Of a stretch of DNA of 64,000 nt, positions 53,001 to 64,000 are shown one piece after another. Both the position numbers and the translations under genes were made by a program. Location: the NCBI GenBank assembly GCA_002633005.1, contig NMRA01000112.1:62001-126000 (forward strand), in the 5' to 3' direction. Positions within the stretch are counted from its first letter, which is position 1, and each line of letters starts with the position of its first letter. Source of the stretch: Phoronis australis. Its lineage: Eukaryota; Animalia; Phoronida. The notes beneath the pieces were generated by a model. It was not told the DNA's origin, made no database searches, and saw nothing but the letters and a program-made list of their open reading frames with translations.

Positions 53001-56000
53001 AGTTACTAGATACACAACATATAGTGGCGATGTGAATATGAAGTAGGTTGAAAATTATCAAATGTTTTTAAGAAGTACGAGTTTTGTGTCAAAAATGATA
53101 CACCGTAAATAACCCAACTATGTCTAGTAAGTATCGTGACATGGTGTTTGGTTATGTGAGCCCCCCAAGGTATGACTTTAATGCAAAGGTCACCTATTTG
53201 CAAAATATTTGTTTTCTCATTTACAAGTTGTCAATGAATACAACTGCACTTTGTTTAGCATAGATTATGTTAAAATAGCATTGTCATTTAGTTCTGCTAT
53301 ACATTAACATAGTTAGGCGCATGCCAATACATCCTTTAAAGGATTGTGGAAACTAAAATGAAAAGTGATGACTGCTAGTATGAGTTAAACTAGTTGAAGT
53401 TGCAAGCTTTCTTGGTCACGAGTGAGCTTATTTGCTTTCATTCCCCTGACGTGTGAATGCACTGCTGTTTGTCTTTACAGTAATGATGTTCCCAGTTGTA
53501 AAGATAATTGAAAAAAAGATATCGTCAAAACCTGCAGAAAATATTTGGCTTGGGGTGAGTAGTGTGAGCAACCTGTCTTCAAATTTTTTGCTCTAATTTG
53601 ATAGTTTCTAAACTCATTTATTCAATGTTTTAAATGGAGGTCATTTCATTTTTCTGATCACTAGAAATTTATTTTCATTTGGTTTTAATAAAAGTTCACT
53701 TTTTCCATTATCATCATTATTTCAAAGTTATATTCAACAATTTGCATAAAAATGTTTTTTTAGCAACAGTCTGGCGCATACAAGATGATTTGTGAGAAAT
53801 TATCGCATAGCAACTTTAATTTAAGAATCACTGACTCGTAGGTTTTGTCAAGTTCATCACCGTCATTCTTTAAATATCTTGTGTTCATTCATTTTGTCTT
53901 AGAAGTTTTTTTATTAGTTCAACGATCGTCAAATCATTGTTACAAAGCCAAGTTGAGACCTCTTTTCTCGTGACTGGAATCTTTTCAAACCTGACTGTGC
54001 TCAACAGAATGAAGAACTTTTCCTCTCTATTTCCAGAACATTTTGAGGTTCGCCATGGTGATGTTGACGGGTATAATTGTCATGGTGATTCCCAATTTCT
54101 CCAACATGATGGCGCTAGTAGGCGCTGGTTGTTGCACATTGCTGGCCTTCATTTTACCTGGTATTTTTCACATGCAGATCTTTAAAGGGTAAGTCCTTAT
54201 TGCTGGTTGTCTAATGTTTTTAACAGTATATACCAAAAATATCAGCCAAAATCACCTGGAACTCCCTGTCCTGATGGCTGAGCGCCAGCGGAATTCCCCC
54301 GTCTGGCATTTGAGTGCAAATAGAATTCATCATGAGTCAGAGTTGCTAGACCGGTCATTACTTTTGATGATGGGTAATAGCCCATCATGACTTGTCATTA
54401 CCTGACATGACCAGTCATGACTGGTCATAATTCATCATGACCGGTCATCACCTGGTGTGAATGGTCATATCAGGTCATGACCAGTTATTACATGTCATGA
54501 CCGGTCATTATCTGTCATGACTGGTCATTACCCATCATGATGAGGAAACTTTTTATGTGGTTACTTTTGGTATGCACTGTAAATACTTAGATATTTGATC
54601 TTCAGTGCCTCTGCTCCTTGTGTAAGGCATATTCAAAATGATTCATAAAGCAACCCAGAGTTTTTCTATTTCTCCAACTGATGATTGAAATGCTTGTAGG
54701 CCAGTCACTAGACAAAAGTTTAGCTTGAACTTTTGACAAGAACACACCGGAGCTGGAGACAGCTGTTACTCAAACAGGAAATGTTTAAATTATAAATAGT
54801 TTTGGCTACGGTACATATCTTTCTCATATACTGTCTCAGTATGATAGCTTTCAAAAAGTTTAGCGATGTCTTTGACTAGAGTCAACGCAGTTATGGCAAA
54901 GACTCAAATGGAAACCAGATGAAAAATATTAGATCGTTTGGAAATTGACCAAAAATTTTACTGGTTTTTGGCAAGAGGGGTTGTGGTCAACTTTTTCTGA
55001 AAACTCAAATATTCTGCAAAAATTTGATTTTGAAGGTTACGGTAAAATCTCTTTAATTTATGCATAATAATGTCGGACAAGTCAAATTTTATTCATCATT
55101 GTTTATAAGATGTGTATGAGCAAATTAAAAAGTTTTTCCATGTTGAAATTCTGTACCATAGCTACCGTCAGAACATGTTTTGAAAATTGTGTGCTAGGCG
55201 ACCTTGAGAAAGGACAACAGGGTAATTTCGACATTCAATTATTTTAGTCTGGAATTGTTGAGCTTTTAGGCTAAAGTGTTTTCTGAATCATAGACATTGA
55301 ATGTGTTGTTCTGTTATAAAACTTTATGATTAGTGTAGAGGATTAAAATGTTTCTTAATTATGAACATATACTGTCTCTTGCAGTTTATTTCAAGAAAAT
55401 ATTTAGATTTCTCAAATGTCAGACACATTTTTGTGGAACTCAAAGAGTGCAGGCAACAAATTCCATTTCACTGTTGTGTCTTTCCAGATCTCTCACTAGA
55501 TGGCAGTGGTTTGTTGATGCGTTCCTTATAGGAGTTGGCATGGTAGGGTAAGTAAACAATTCAGCGTGACGAGTGAAATACAATTATGACCTTTTCACAG
55601 ATGTGCAAGACAGTCTGATTGCTTGGAGCTTTTCTATCACACTTCATAACTTCATGTTTAACTTGTCATTTTGAAATTCTTATTGTTGAATAACCAACCA
55701 TCCTAATTTTCAGTAAGAAAGACAAAAAACATCACCTTCATGTTGGTATTAATGTGTTAACATCTTAGCAATTTAGGACTCAATGTGGTGGATAACAGAA
55801 ATTCCCATTTTTAATGACAGACAAGTTGTACCAAATCAATGCTTCACTAGTTTTAAGCTTCATCTCATTTCTTGTCATCAGATGGGATCTCGAGTAGTTA
55901 TGAGCATTCACAGTGACGTTAAAAGTATAAAAATGAAATAATTTAAAAAGATCAAATTTTGGCGCTATTTTTTGTCTGAAATTGGTGTGAATTCAACATT

Positions 56001-56280
56001 ATTAAATAATGCAAGGCGGTGATAGTTGTTAGCCAGAGAAAACAGTGATATTACAAGTTATTGTAATTTGTCATAATTAAGATTGCTCACACGGAACAGT
56101 TGTCAGGAGTGCTGTTTACTGTTTTACAGAACTGTGATTGGTGTAATGGACGCTATGTCACGACTGAGGAGCGAGTCCAACTCGAGTACCCAGGAGAGAG
56201 ACAACACAATCAAGTTATTGCAGCAAAACTTGACGGATGCCATAAGTGTGATCAAGTCCATCAATAAAACAACCCCATGA
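29087..56280 (+). CDS. Amino acid transporter, Aa_trans/AAAP family (AVT3/ANT1-like, SLC36-related), 472 aa. 16 exons: 29087-29206, 36736-36785, 42106-42305, 43116-43181, 43595-43661, 44544-44624, 46737-46814, 47831-47900, 48493-48557, 50123-50189, 50940-50988, 51155-51223, 53481-53554, 54037-54188, 55488-55547, 56130-56280
   Basis: All introns are GT-AG with matching phases, and the 1419-nt frame is open. Motifs ANIFITFIGAGVLGLPYAFKEAG, TYGDVG, SQIGFCCAYLIFISENL, PFFLAIAIYCYEGAGMILSLEAS, FGVSGYLSFGPET..IITLNLP, LFFTYPVMMFPV, IPNFSNMMALVGA...LAFILPG. Confidence 0.95.
30126..30424. repeat. Foldback inverted repeat (arms about 30126-30250 and 30301-30424) in transporter intron 1
   Basis: TCTTCCTAGCTTGAACAAATACTC is paired with GAGTATTTGTTCAAGCTAGGAAGA, and ACCTTAGGAGG with CCTCCTAAGGT. 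Confidence 0.8.
30594..31996. mobile_element. 1.4-kb non-autonomous Tc1/mariner-superfamily (pogo/Tc2-like) element
   Basis: 25-bp TIRs CCGTGTTCGCCGTAATAACCGCCCA / TCGTATTTGCCGTAATAACCGCCCA, TA on both flanks, subterminal TAAGCGCCC repeats; no intact transposase ORF. Confidence 0.8.
33301..33662 (+). mobile_element. TTAA-flanked MITE, copy 2
   Basis: TTAA|AAGGATACC ... TATCCTT|TTAA; homologous to 10836-11187 and 59049-59400. Confidence 0.85.
36460..36687 (-). mobile_element. tRNA-derived SINE
   Basis: Pol III A box TGGCCCAGTGG (36677-36667) and B box GGTTCGAGTCC (36633-36623) at tRNA-like spacing, without a complete cloverleaf; 3' end approximate. Confidence 0.7.
38190..38522. mobile_element. 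Old dispersed MITE-like family; other decayed copies near 1700-2003, 8100-8345, 41652-41880, 48061-48430 and 50560-50866
   Basis: Shared blocks ATGCA(A/C)AAGTGGAACA and TGAATC(C/T)GATC..CCATTTCTG; several copies end at TTAA. Boundaries approximate. Confidence 0.5.
38981..39391. repeat. 84-bp tandem repeat, about 5 copies, intronic
   Basis: Units start at 38981, 39065, 39149, 39233 and 39317. Confidence 0.95.
39532..40915. other. 675/708-bp duplication either side of a single n (39532-40206 / 40208-40915); probable allelic assembly overlap
   Basis: Near-identical copies abut n40207; copy 2 has an extra 33-bp internal tandem duplication and a few substitutions. Confidence 0.85.
42808..42908. 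repeat. 19-bp tandem repeat GTGATTGTGTTCCTGTCA(C/T), about 5 copies
   Basis: Read directly. Confidence 0.85.
45015..45560. mobile_element. Fragment of a Helentron/HINE-like dispersed repeat
   Basis: GTTTGTTTGTTC lead-in, recurring ...GATT..CATGAAATT / TTGAAATTT blocks and CAAGATGGCGG...GCCATTTTG hairpins; family assignment is inference. Confidence 0.35.
48626..49942. mobile_element. PIF/Harbinger-like non-autonomous element containing a nested fragment with about 150-bp internal repeats (about 49240-49740)
   Basis: 15-bp TIRs (A/G)GGCTGTTCCAGCAA with TAA/TTA flanks; inner ATCTC(A/G)A(A/G)AA...GAAATT blocks at about 49305, 49461 and 49603. Confidence 0.55.
54349..54540. repeat. Degenerate 10/20-bp tandem repeat of GACCGGTCAT / TCATGA palindromic motifs
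   Basis: Read directly. Confidence 0.75.
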
Positions 56281-59048
56281 TATCTTGGACCTTTGGGCAG
56301 ATTCTTGAAATGCAGACATGCATTATGAGCAATGGGATAGTCAGACTCATCTACTGGAACTTTGTTGAAACCTAGGTTGAATATTTAGGATAAATTAGGT
56401 GCCATGAAAATATGCATGGAATAGCTTTTTGGGTATGATGGGGCATTGAACATGGCCTTTTGTTAAAATTGTTCTCAAAATGTCTTTCTCCGCTGTGTCA
56501 TTACAATTGTCATCACAGTCATCTTCATCGTCATCATTCTCAAGATGTCACGGTTGTCACTGTTGTAGCTAATGTCTCATTCAAGAGTGCCTTTACATGT
56601 AACTACTACTTGCATATTCCCAACTCTTCTTCATTTTCAGCTCATGTTTTGGGAAACTAAAAACTTTGGCCAGTGATTACCAAGTGGTAAAATAATATCA
56701 TTCTGTCAATGTTGTCGTACACATGTAGGTAAATAGAAGTTGAAGCTTTAACCAGGGTTTTTCATTTGATTTCATTACACTCTTTACATTCACTCTATTT
56801 TAAAATTTGTTCAGGTTTACTCAAGCGTTTCAGAAACATAGGCTTAACTTCCTCTGTTGACACGTGACCTCAAAGAACGGGGTTAGAATCAGCTGTCAGG
56901 TGGTTTTAATTCTAGTCATATCTGTTTGGTTTAGAATTGCCATGGAGTGTTGTAGGATGTATTTCATGGTTTGACCCATAGGTAGATTTAGATTGACTAT
57001 GTTTTTGGGGGGGTCGGAATTAATCTAGAAAGCGTTGGATACATCATGCAGACTTAGTAGAGCAAACTTTTCCCTGAATTATTGTAAATCTGATAATTCC
57101 AGCAGTTACTGGAGTTTTGAATCAAACTTTGTAAAAATAAAATGCAGTAGACTAACTCTTCTCGTGTTATTGGAATGTACAATTTACCATTTTTTGGTGT
57201 AATCCTTCTCACTGTTGAACATCAAATGAATGTAGAAGTCAGATGTGGTATCTGTTGAAATCGTTTAAGTGCTGAATTACATTGCCGTATGAGCTTGAAT
57301 TTATCAAATGTGCTAAATTTTCGTGCAATCAAGGAATTAAATTATGAATGTGAAATGGTAAGAGTCTAACGTGGCACGCATTACATAGTCGCGAGATATA
57401 GCCATCCATTACAAAGGAAACATGTGGTCATACTAGTTTTAACTATCACGATTCTCACATCTACAGAACTCTGCCCAGTTCTCTCAGAAAAGTGCCTCTT
57501 TAATAGCAATGGTGCCTCATTCTTATAAGGACCTTGGATTGTACATTGCATTCAGCTTTGACGAGTTAAACTTTTTTTTTTTGACTGTTGAAGCTGTTCT
57601 CCAAAAGTCTGTACTATTAAAGAATCTGTTTTTGCAATCAATTGGTGGATACATAATGTGGCAAGTGATTAAAACACATTAAATAATATTTTATAGTTAC
57701 TGTTGCCATGTATGTCCTAATATAGGGTGATCACTCTCAAAATTCTCAATCACTATGGAAATATAACAAATTCAGTGCATACTGACTCATATGGTGATGC
57801 TATAACTTTGTGGATGGATCATCCATAGACTTTATTTTATTCTTACAAATTTGAAAAAAAGTGATTTAATGTACAATTTCATCAGCTTGTTTCTTCGAGT
57901 CATTTTGGTAAGTTTTGAATCGATGTCTAACAGGACTGCTTGTCCATTTCCAATTACAAGTACTAAACCAGATTCTGAAGGGCAAGGTACTCTGGTAAAG
58001 TATTGCAACTTGGTGTTTCAATAGACATTTTGAAAATTCAATGAGATGCTCATTTATGTTTGAATTTTGTCAAACACGATGTGACACAGATTGTCACTTG
58101 AGGTTTTGTTAGTCTGGGAGATGGGAAATTAGAACATCAAGCTTGAAGTTTGCCACACATCTTTTGTGTTTTCATATAATTTAAGAATTAGTATTAAAAT
58201 AGAATCCGTCCACAATCTGCGTTATGTATTTTGGTTCCATTGTAAATCACATGCACAGTCAAAATTGGGCCGAGTTCTGTTGACAATGGAGTGGTGACCT
58301 TTGGTACTATATGTTGATCAGAAGGAAATGCCAACAGAATTGAATTGTCACTTCTTAAGTGACACATATCTGCAACATATTTCATTGCCGTGTGGCTAGT
58401 GCCTCGATACAAAACATTTTATTTTCTCCTAGGGTAAATTAGTTTTCTATATTTCTGTCAGTACCTGTAATCTAAGTTGTTGATGTTTCGGTAGAAACCG
58501 CACAGAATTAAAGTTTTTCAGATAGTTTGAAAAGTTATGGTGGTTTTGAGACTAGTTGAATGATCTGTTTATTCAAAATGCTCAAAGTTATTTTTGATAA
58601 TCAGCAGACAAAAGTGTTTGCCACAATTGTCATTTTCAAAGTTGTACTACCATCAGGCTTTTGTTTTACGCAATATATCGACAAATGTAAAATTTCAGTT
58701 TTTTACCATATTGTACTAAATTGATGAAGCTTTCTCCATCGTGGTTGGTAAATAGATGAAGTATAGGTTGATAAAGGGACCATGCAATGAACAATGGAGT
58801 TTATTGAACAGTAATTACTATGTTGGCAAACTGCATGTGGGTATTGTATCGTTATTGTAAACAGCAATTATTTGGTTTTACATTCTGTGAGTCATTGTCG
58901 GGCCAGCAAAATAAAAACCGTAGAGGGAAAATTGTGCTTGACAGTTGTGTTTAAGGAGCAACACTGGCCAACAAATTTTGCATTTTATTTCCAACTGTTC
59001 CATACTTGACCAGCTGCAATGCAGTTGCTGTTTATAAAGATTTTTTAA

Positions 59049-59400
59049 AAGGATACCAAACCCGGTCTTGGCCTATTATTAATAGATGTTGAAAACGACG
59101 TACCTATATTCTTCGAAACAAAATAATTATCTGTAACTCTCGGCAAGTGTCAAAGGTTGGAGGAAAATTTGAAAACTAATTTTCAAAGTCTATTCAACTG
59201 GCAAGCGTGACCTAAGGTTTTAGAGAATTCCAAGGTAATATGGGGAAAGGCCACCAATTAATAATGATATCCAATCTGTGACTTAGGGAGTACGAGTTTT
59301 TTTATCGATTCCTGCTCTTTCAAGATTGACGCCAATGATGCATTAGCAGGTGAGAGAATGAGGATGGGATGAAAATGTCAAGATATGATTTAGTATCCTT
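59049..59400 (+). mobile_element. TTAA-flanked MITE, copy 3, between the convergent 3' ends of the transporter and SPATA18
   Basis: TTAA|AAGGATAC ... GTATCCTT|TTAA, with a perfect 8-bp TIR. Confidence 0.85.
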
Positions 59401-60516
59401 TTAAGGCATTTCAGTTTCACATTGCGTCCATGTTCAAAATACACACAAATTGAGTTACTTCAAAACAAATTCACTTGTTGTGTAGACTGCACACGACTAA
59501 TTAAAAGGCAACCAATATTTCTCAAACCAACTTTATTGAGATTCTAAATCACTACTATTCAGCCTCAAATTATTCAATCCTTATAAAATATGACGCACCT
59601 CAATACATACAATTCTTAAAAATCTATTAAAACGTAAATCAACCAAGAATATAATTATTTCATAACATACAAAATTTCTGATCATGACACAAAAGATGTT
59701 TAAACCAAACACATACAATACTGGTTTATTGAGCTAAGGCTAAAAACTTGCCTCTAACACGAGGAATACGAAATAATATCTTTATTGCGAGTGTTCACAA
59801 ATGTTTGACCACAGCGTTAGTGCAAGTGATATTAGATGTTTAAGTGAGTGGCTTCAATTTATGAACACTCGTCACAAACCAACAACTATCCTACAAACAA
59901 AATTATCAAACAATACATTCAAACTTCAAATGGACGGAAATTCAATAAATGGAATGTTTTCAATTTGAGCACAATGGAGTAAGTTGTTTTGGCTTTATTG
60001 TGTAAACGTGTTACTAATAGAAAAATTAATACATTGAGTTGAATAGGATGGAATGGCTTCATAAAAGAACAGATTAGTCTTCGTCAACAAAAGAATATGT
60101 GTTAGAATTTCAAATGGTTGTTATTAAAATTGTGATCAGTGACATCAAAAATAAATTAACATTTCCACATAGCCTAGAAACATTGGCTATTACAGTTTGG
60201 ATTTGTTTATTGTAAATATCTGGGACCAATCTTTGAATTATGTTAGCAAGGAGTCATATGCACAGTCAGGTAATCATAAAATCAAGAAAAAAATCAGCAG
60301 TAATCACATCTATAAAAACAGCAATATATATTTTACCCTTTTAAAAATATATTTCAGTATTTACTAATCTACATCAAAACTGCATTCTGCAAAGCCAACA
60401 CCTCACCTAGATGTTACTACATACACACAAGAGAACCGGTTCACTCGGCTGAGAAGTTATTAACCAAAGCTTAGATGTTATTTGGCTAGTCTAACAACTG
60501 GTCAACCAATCAAATG

Positions 60517-63500
60517 TTAGTAGTTTGAAAGCGAGGTTGAGGCAGTGTACGGGCGCACAGGAGAAGGGGATCTCCTGGAACTGCGGCTACTGCTACGCAA
60601 ACCTGAATTGAAAATACAAAACGAAATGGTTACTACGACGACAGGTGGATGAGGTCAAAGGCAGAAACACACAACACAACACAACACTGGGGGTGTCAAA
60701 GGCTTTGCTGAAATATTGCAGGTATTGTTAATAATATGTGCATATCAATCTATGCATTTTTTATACTTTTCACACTTAAATTAATCAGTCCTTGGATTTG
60801 AACCACTCTAGTCAGTTTACATGATTCTTAAAAGTTTGCAAAAGAATTACTGACAATTTCATAAAACAACGTGGGTTTGGGTTTTTTGTTCATCCAGTAT
60901 TTTGCGGACCTCCTTCCACCTGCAAACACATGGCACTTGCTGGAAAGCAATTTTGAATGCCAACACAGAAAGGAAATTTAGAGAGCCAAATGCCACAGTT
61001 TTCAATACAGTTTGTGAAATGTCTAGTATGAAGATGTGAACATTCATACTCATACAGAGTATAGACTCATACAGCAAAGCTCAAAGATACCCAATTAAAC
61101 CAACTGAAATAAAGCAGTCGAGAATTAGCCATGCACACAAAGTTATTAAAGGATGACGAGTGTCTCATATGACACTTAGATGTCTGATAATCTTGAGGAT
61201 TGACGGCTAGATGGCCGTGCTGTGGTACTGCCAGCACGAGATGCCGAACTTCCGGGACGTGCTGAAATACGATGAACGCACAGTGTACGGAGTAATCACC
61301 ACTGACAGCAAATAAACACAGACACAACTCATAACCAAATACGAACGCTGAGCTCAATTTCAAAGCCGTGGTTCCCATTCACATTAACTTTGTTGTTTTT
61401 GTTTTTCATGATTTCTGCACGTTTTCTAAGACATAATTTTCATTTTCAATGAATGTTTTTCCCCACAAAAAATAATGATGAGTAGTATGGTTGCTGCCAA
61501 ACATAACTGACTACATGAAGTCCTGATATGACTCACAAAATTATTTTTTTTCTTGAGTTTATCTATAGGCAAATTCTCATCAGCAAAAATTACCCATTTA
61601 TTTTTCCACAAATTTTCCCACCTCGAAAACAATTTTGTCATCGTCCACATTTTCCATGTTGAGTGGGAACCAGACATAACACATAATACCAGGTGATAGT
61701 ATAAAACTGTCTACACACCATAAAACACAGCAATACAATAGTCAAGGTTTCTTACCAAGAGGACTTGAGCGGCCACTCATAGAGGCACTGAATGACCCAT
61801 TCAAATCCGGACTCCCAATACGACGAGGACTAGGCGAGCGACTACGAGCTCTCGATGGACTAAATGAGCGACTAGGGCTCATCGGACGAGAGGGGCTGCG
61901 GCTCCTTCGTGGAGAGGACTGAAAGTAAAGAAACTGAGAGTTAATAGGGTCGTGTAATACCACCATCTCGCTTTCCTTACACATTTCATCTCGAGAGGAA
62001 TTTTAAAAAGAGGCTGAATGAACATCCTGTTGGTTAACAAAATTTTCGAAAAACAAATTCTTTTAGTTGGCTGATCTTATTCATATTCTAGGTAAATATG
62101 GTGAGTAATATTTCAACAGGATACTGGCGGATTGAAAAAAGTATTAAAATAATAGACAACACAGAAACACAACATGAACTGTGAGTAGAGATACAGAAAT
62201 TTTCCATAGCCAAGATCAAGAAAAGGATAAATGATAAGGAAACAGAGAAAAACGATTAACTGCTTTACTACCTTGCGACACACTTTCAATTAACATGAAC
62301 TGCATCTGATTAATACTCTCTTAATCCCCGTGACCTGCATAGACAACTGGGAGTGGAAGCTTTGGAAGTCAAGATTCGTTTGTACAGCTGCGTCACATAG
62401 TCAAGACCACGCCTTCGACACCTGGGTGGGGTTCTATAAGGACAGTCGACCATTGGCAGGTCTGCTCCTGATGAGACAGACGAGTCCATGGACAATGTCG
62501 ACAGTCTCTCGCAGAGATACTGTTCGTTACGTCTCACTGGACGATGAGATGGAGACTTCCTGGAAACATACGGCGACATTCGAGACATAGCTGGAGATCT
62601 TGCAGAAAATGCTGGAGATTTCTTTGACACTGCTGGGTATTTCTTAGTTACTGCAGATCTTTTAGAAACAACTGCTGATTTTTTAGCTGTCGTTATTTTT
62701 TGCCTTGCTACATTTGTACCCTTCCTTTCATTCTTCTGCACCTTGTGCCTGTATGACTCTCTGTTTCCTGCTTTTTCTGATTTGGATTTATTCCCCTTAA
62801 TGACCACAGTAACGCTGCGTTCAGACTCTGGTGTCCGTAAAGATTTGGAACAGCCAAGTCTCCATAACTGGTCCTGACCATGTGACCATTTACGGCAGCA
62901 GGGGCGTCGTCTGTCGTCGTCCAATAAGGAATTCGCATTCCCAAGAGACCTTTGACTTGATACTTGTGACCTTAACGAGGCACCAGACATGGAAGAACTT
63001 CCAAAGGCTTTCAAAGCTGGTTCGAGTAGACCACTACGATGATTCACGTAACTACAAGAGGATTGTGCTGCACAGGGACTTGAATGGGGTCTCGCGGAAC
63101 GGTCAATTGTAAATGAGCGTGACGAACTTGGTAATGGCCATTCGTTTATTTCACAATCGCACATCTAGAGTAAAAGAGTGAAAGTAGAGGCAAAGAGGAA
63201 TGAAGCGACAGAGAAAGGTGAGAGAGTTGGATTGTGGTGTAGGTTTAGGCTAGTCAGTATGCTTGCAGGTGGGTGAGAAGCAAGTAAAACTACAGAACAG
63301 GGACAAGAACACAAGTCAAACACGGTGATCATGAGTATTACTGAATGTATGCCAGGTGAAATTTCACCAATTTTGGGACAAAAACAACAGTCAAAATTGA
63401 TCTTTCCCCAAATGTTGTGAATGCTCAAAATTTCTTAACAATTTTCAGTACTATGCATGGTACTTATAATTCCAAAATAATAAAGCATTTATTTGGTACT

Positions 63501-63924
63501 ACTTATCTTGACTTAACATGAAGATATACAAGGTCTAAAAAGCTGTAAATTGGTATTGAAATTCATACAAAATCACAAAACCAGTTGTACCAAATTTGAG
63601 CTTTATCCTGAACTTCAATTACATAAATTAGTATCCCAGCATTTAATTTAAACACCAAACTGTCCCAAAAATGATATCATATGAAAGCCCAGTATACACT
63701 GCACAGCACAAATTGTCGCAAAATCATTTGCTGCTGTCTTGTTGTACCTTCTGAAGTGTTCTTAATTATGCAAAAAACAGATGACTAGACACATTACCAG
63801 CGAGGCACCGCGACGCGTCACACACTCTCCCTTAGTGATGATGCGAATACCCTGCATGAGGCACGGCCAGACATGGTGGTTCACCAGAGGGGCCGTGTAC
63901 TCTGAGTCGTAGCTACGACGATAC
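60517..63924 (-). CDS. SPATA18: Mitochondria-eating protein (Mieap) ortholog, 3' part. Exons 63924-63798, 61918-61756, 60602-60517; gene continues beyond the right edge
   Basis: [40 protein letters not shown] matches the Mieap C-terminal signature YRRSYDSxxTAPLVxxHVWPxLM...KGExVTRRGA, followed by an RSRSPSP-rich tail; splice phases 0 and 1 are consistent. Confidence 0.9.
61176..61261 (-). CDS. Candidate alternative terminal exon of SPATA18 ([28 protein letters not shown])
   Basis: TATTTCAG acceptor; phase 1 fits the donor at 61756; Ser/Arg-rich composition matches the adjacent tail. Confidence 0.55.
62310..63164 (-). CDS. Candidate long alternative terminal exon of SPATA18, 284 aa, Ser/Arg/Lys-rich
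   Basis: Longest ORF in the window; directly preceded by a long pyrimidine tract and TAG acceptor; phase 0 fits the donor at 63798. Confidence 0.6.
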   Translation of the reverse strand: MCDCEINEWPLPSSSRSFTIDRSARPHSSPCAAQSSCSYVNHRSGLLEPALKAFGSSSMSGASLRSQVSSQRSLGNANSLLDDDRRRPCCRKWSHGQDQLWRLGCSKSLRTPESERSVTVVIKGNKSKSEKAGNRESYRHKVQKNERKGTNVARQKITTAKKSAVVSKRSAVTKKYPAVSKKSPAFSARSPAMSRMSPYVSRKSPSHRPVRRNEQYLCERLSTLSMDSSVSSGADLPMVDCPYRTPPRCRRRGLDYVTQLYKRILTSKASTPSCLCRSRGLREY

Positions 63925-64000
63925 CTGCAAACAATATGGTGTGCCATTGCCAACTGAGAGAATCAATTACAGCACGTGACAACTTCCATTAAACCAGTTT

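Overview
AT-rich, intron-containing animal genomic DNA. The repeat types suggest a marine invertebrate, probably a lophotrochozoan, but the species cannot be determined from the window. There are no prokaryotic features and no CRISPR. Hand-splicing with GT-AG signals and intron-phase checks gives five genes. (1) The first coding exon of a flavin reductase/BLVRB-like NAD(P)-binding protein (minus strand, runs off the left edge). (2, 3) Two tandem, diverged six-exon paralogs on the minus strand (4507-15097 and 16099-20381). Each encodes signal peptide + PLAT/LH2-like domain + thrombospondin type-1 repeat + single TM helix + short tail; I do not recognise this architecture as a named family, and the ORF track shows only fragments of it. 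(4) A complete 16-exon Aa_trans (AVT3/SLC36-like) amino acid transporter on the plus strand (29087-56280). (5) The 3' end of a SPATA18/Mieap ortholog (minus strand) with what look like three alternative terminal exons. Intergenic and intronic DNA is dense with DNA-transposon debris, notably several TTAA-flanked Kolobok-like families. These include a 5.4-kb unit bounded by inverted THAP-bearing ends that holds a split THAP-transposase pseudogene. There are also Tc1/mariner- and Harbinger-like elements, a tRNA-derived SINE, palindrome-rich minisatellites and two duplications at single-n assembly joins. All domain and family calls come from motif recognition by eye, not database searches.
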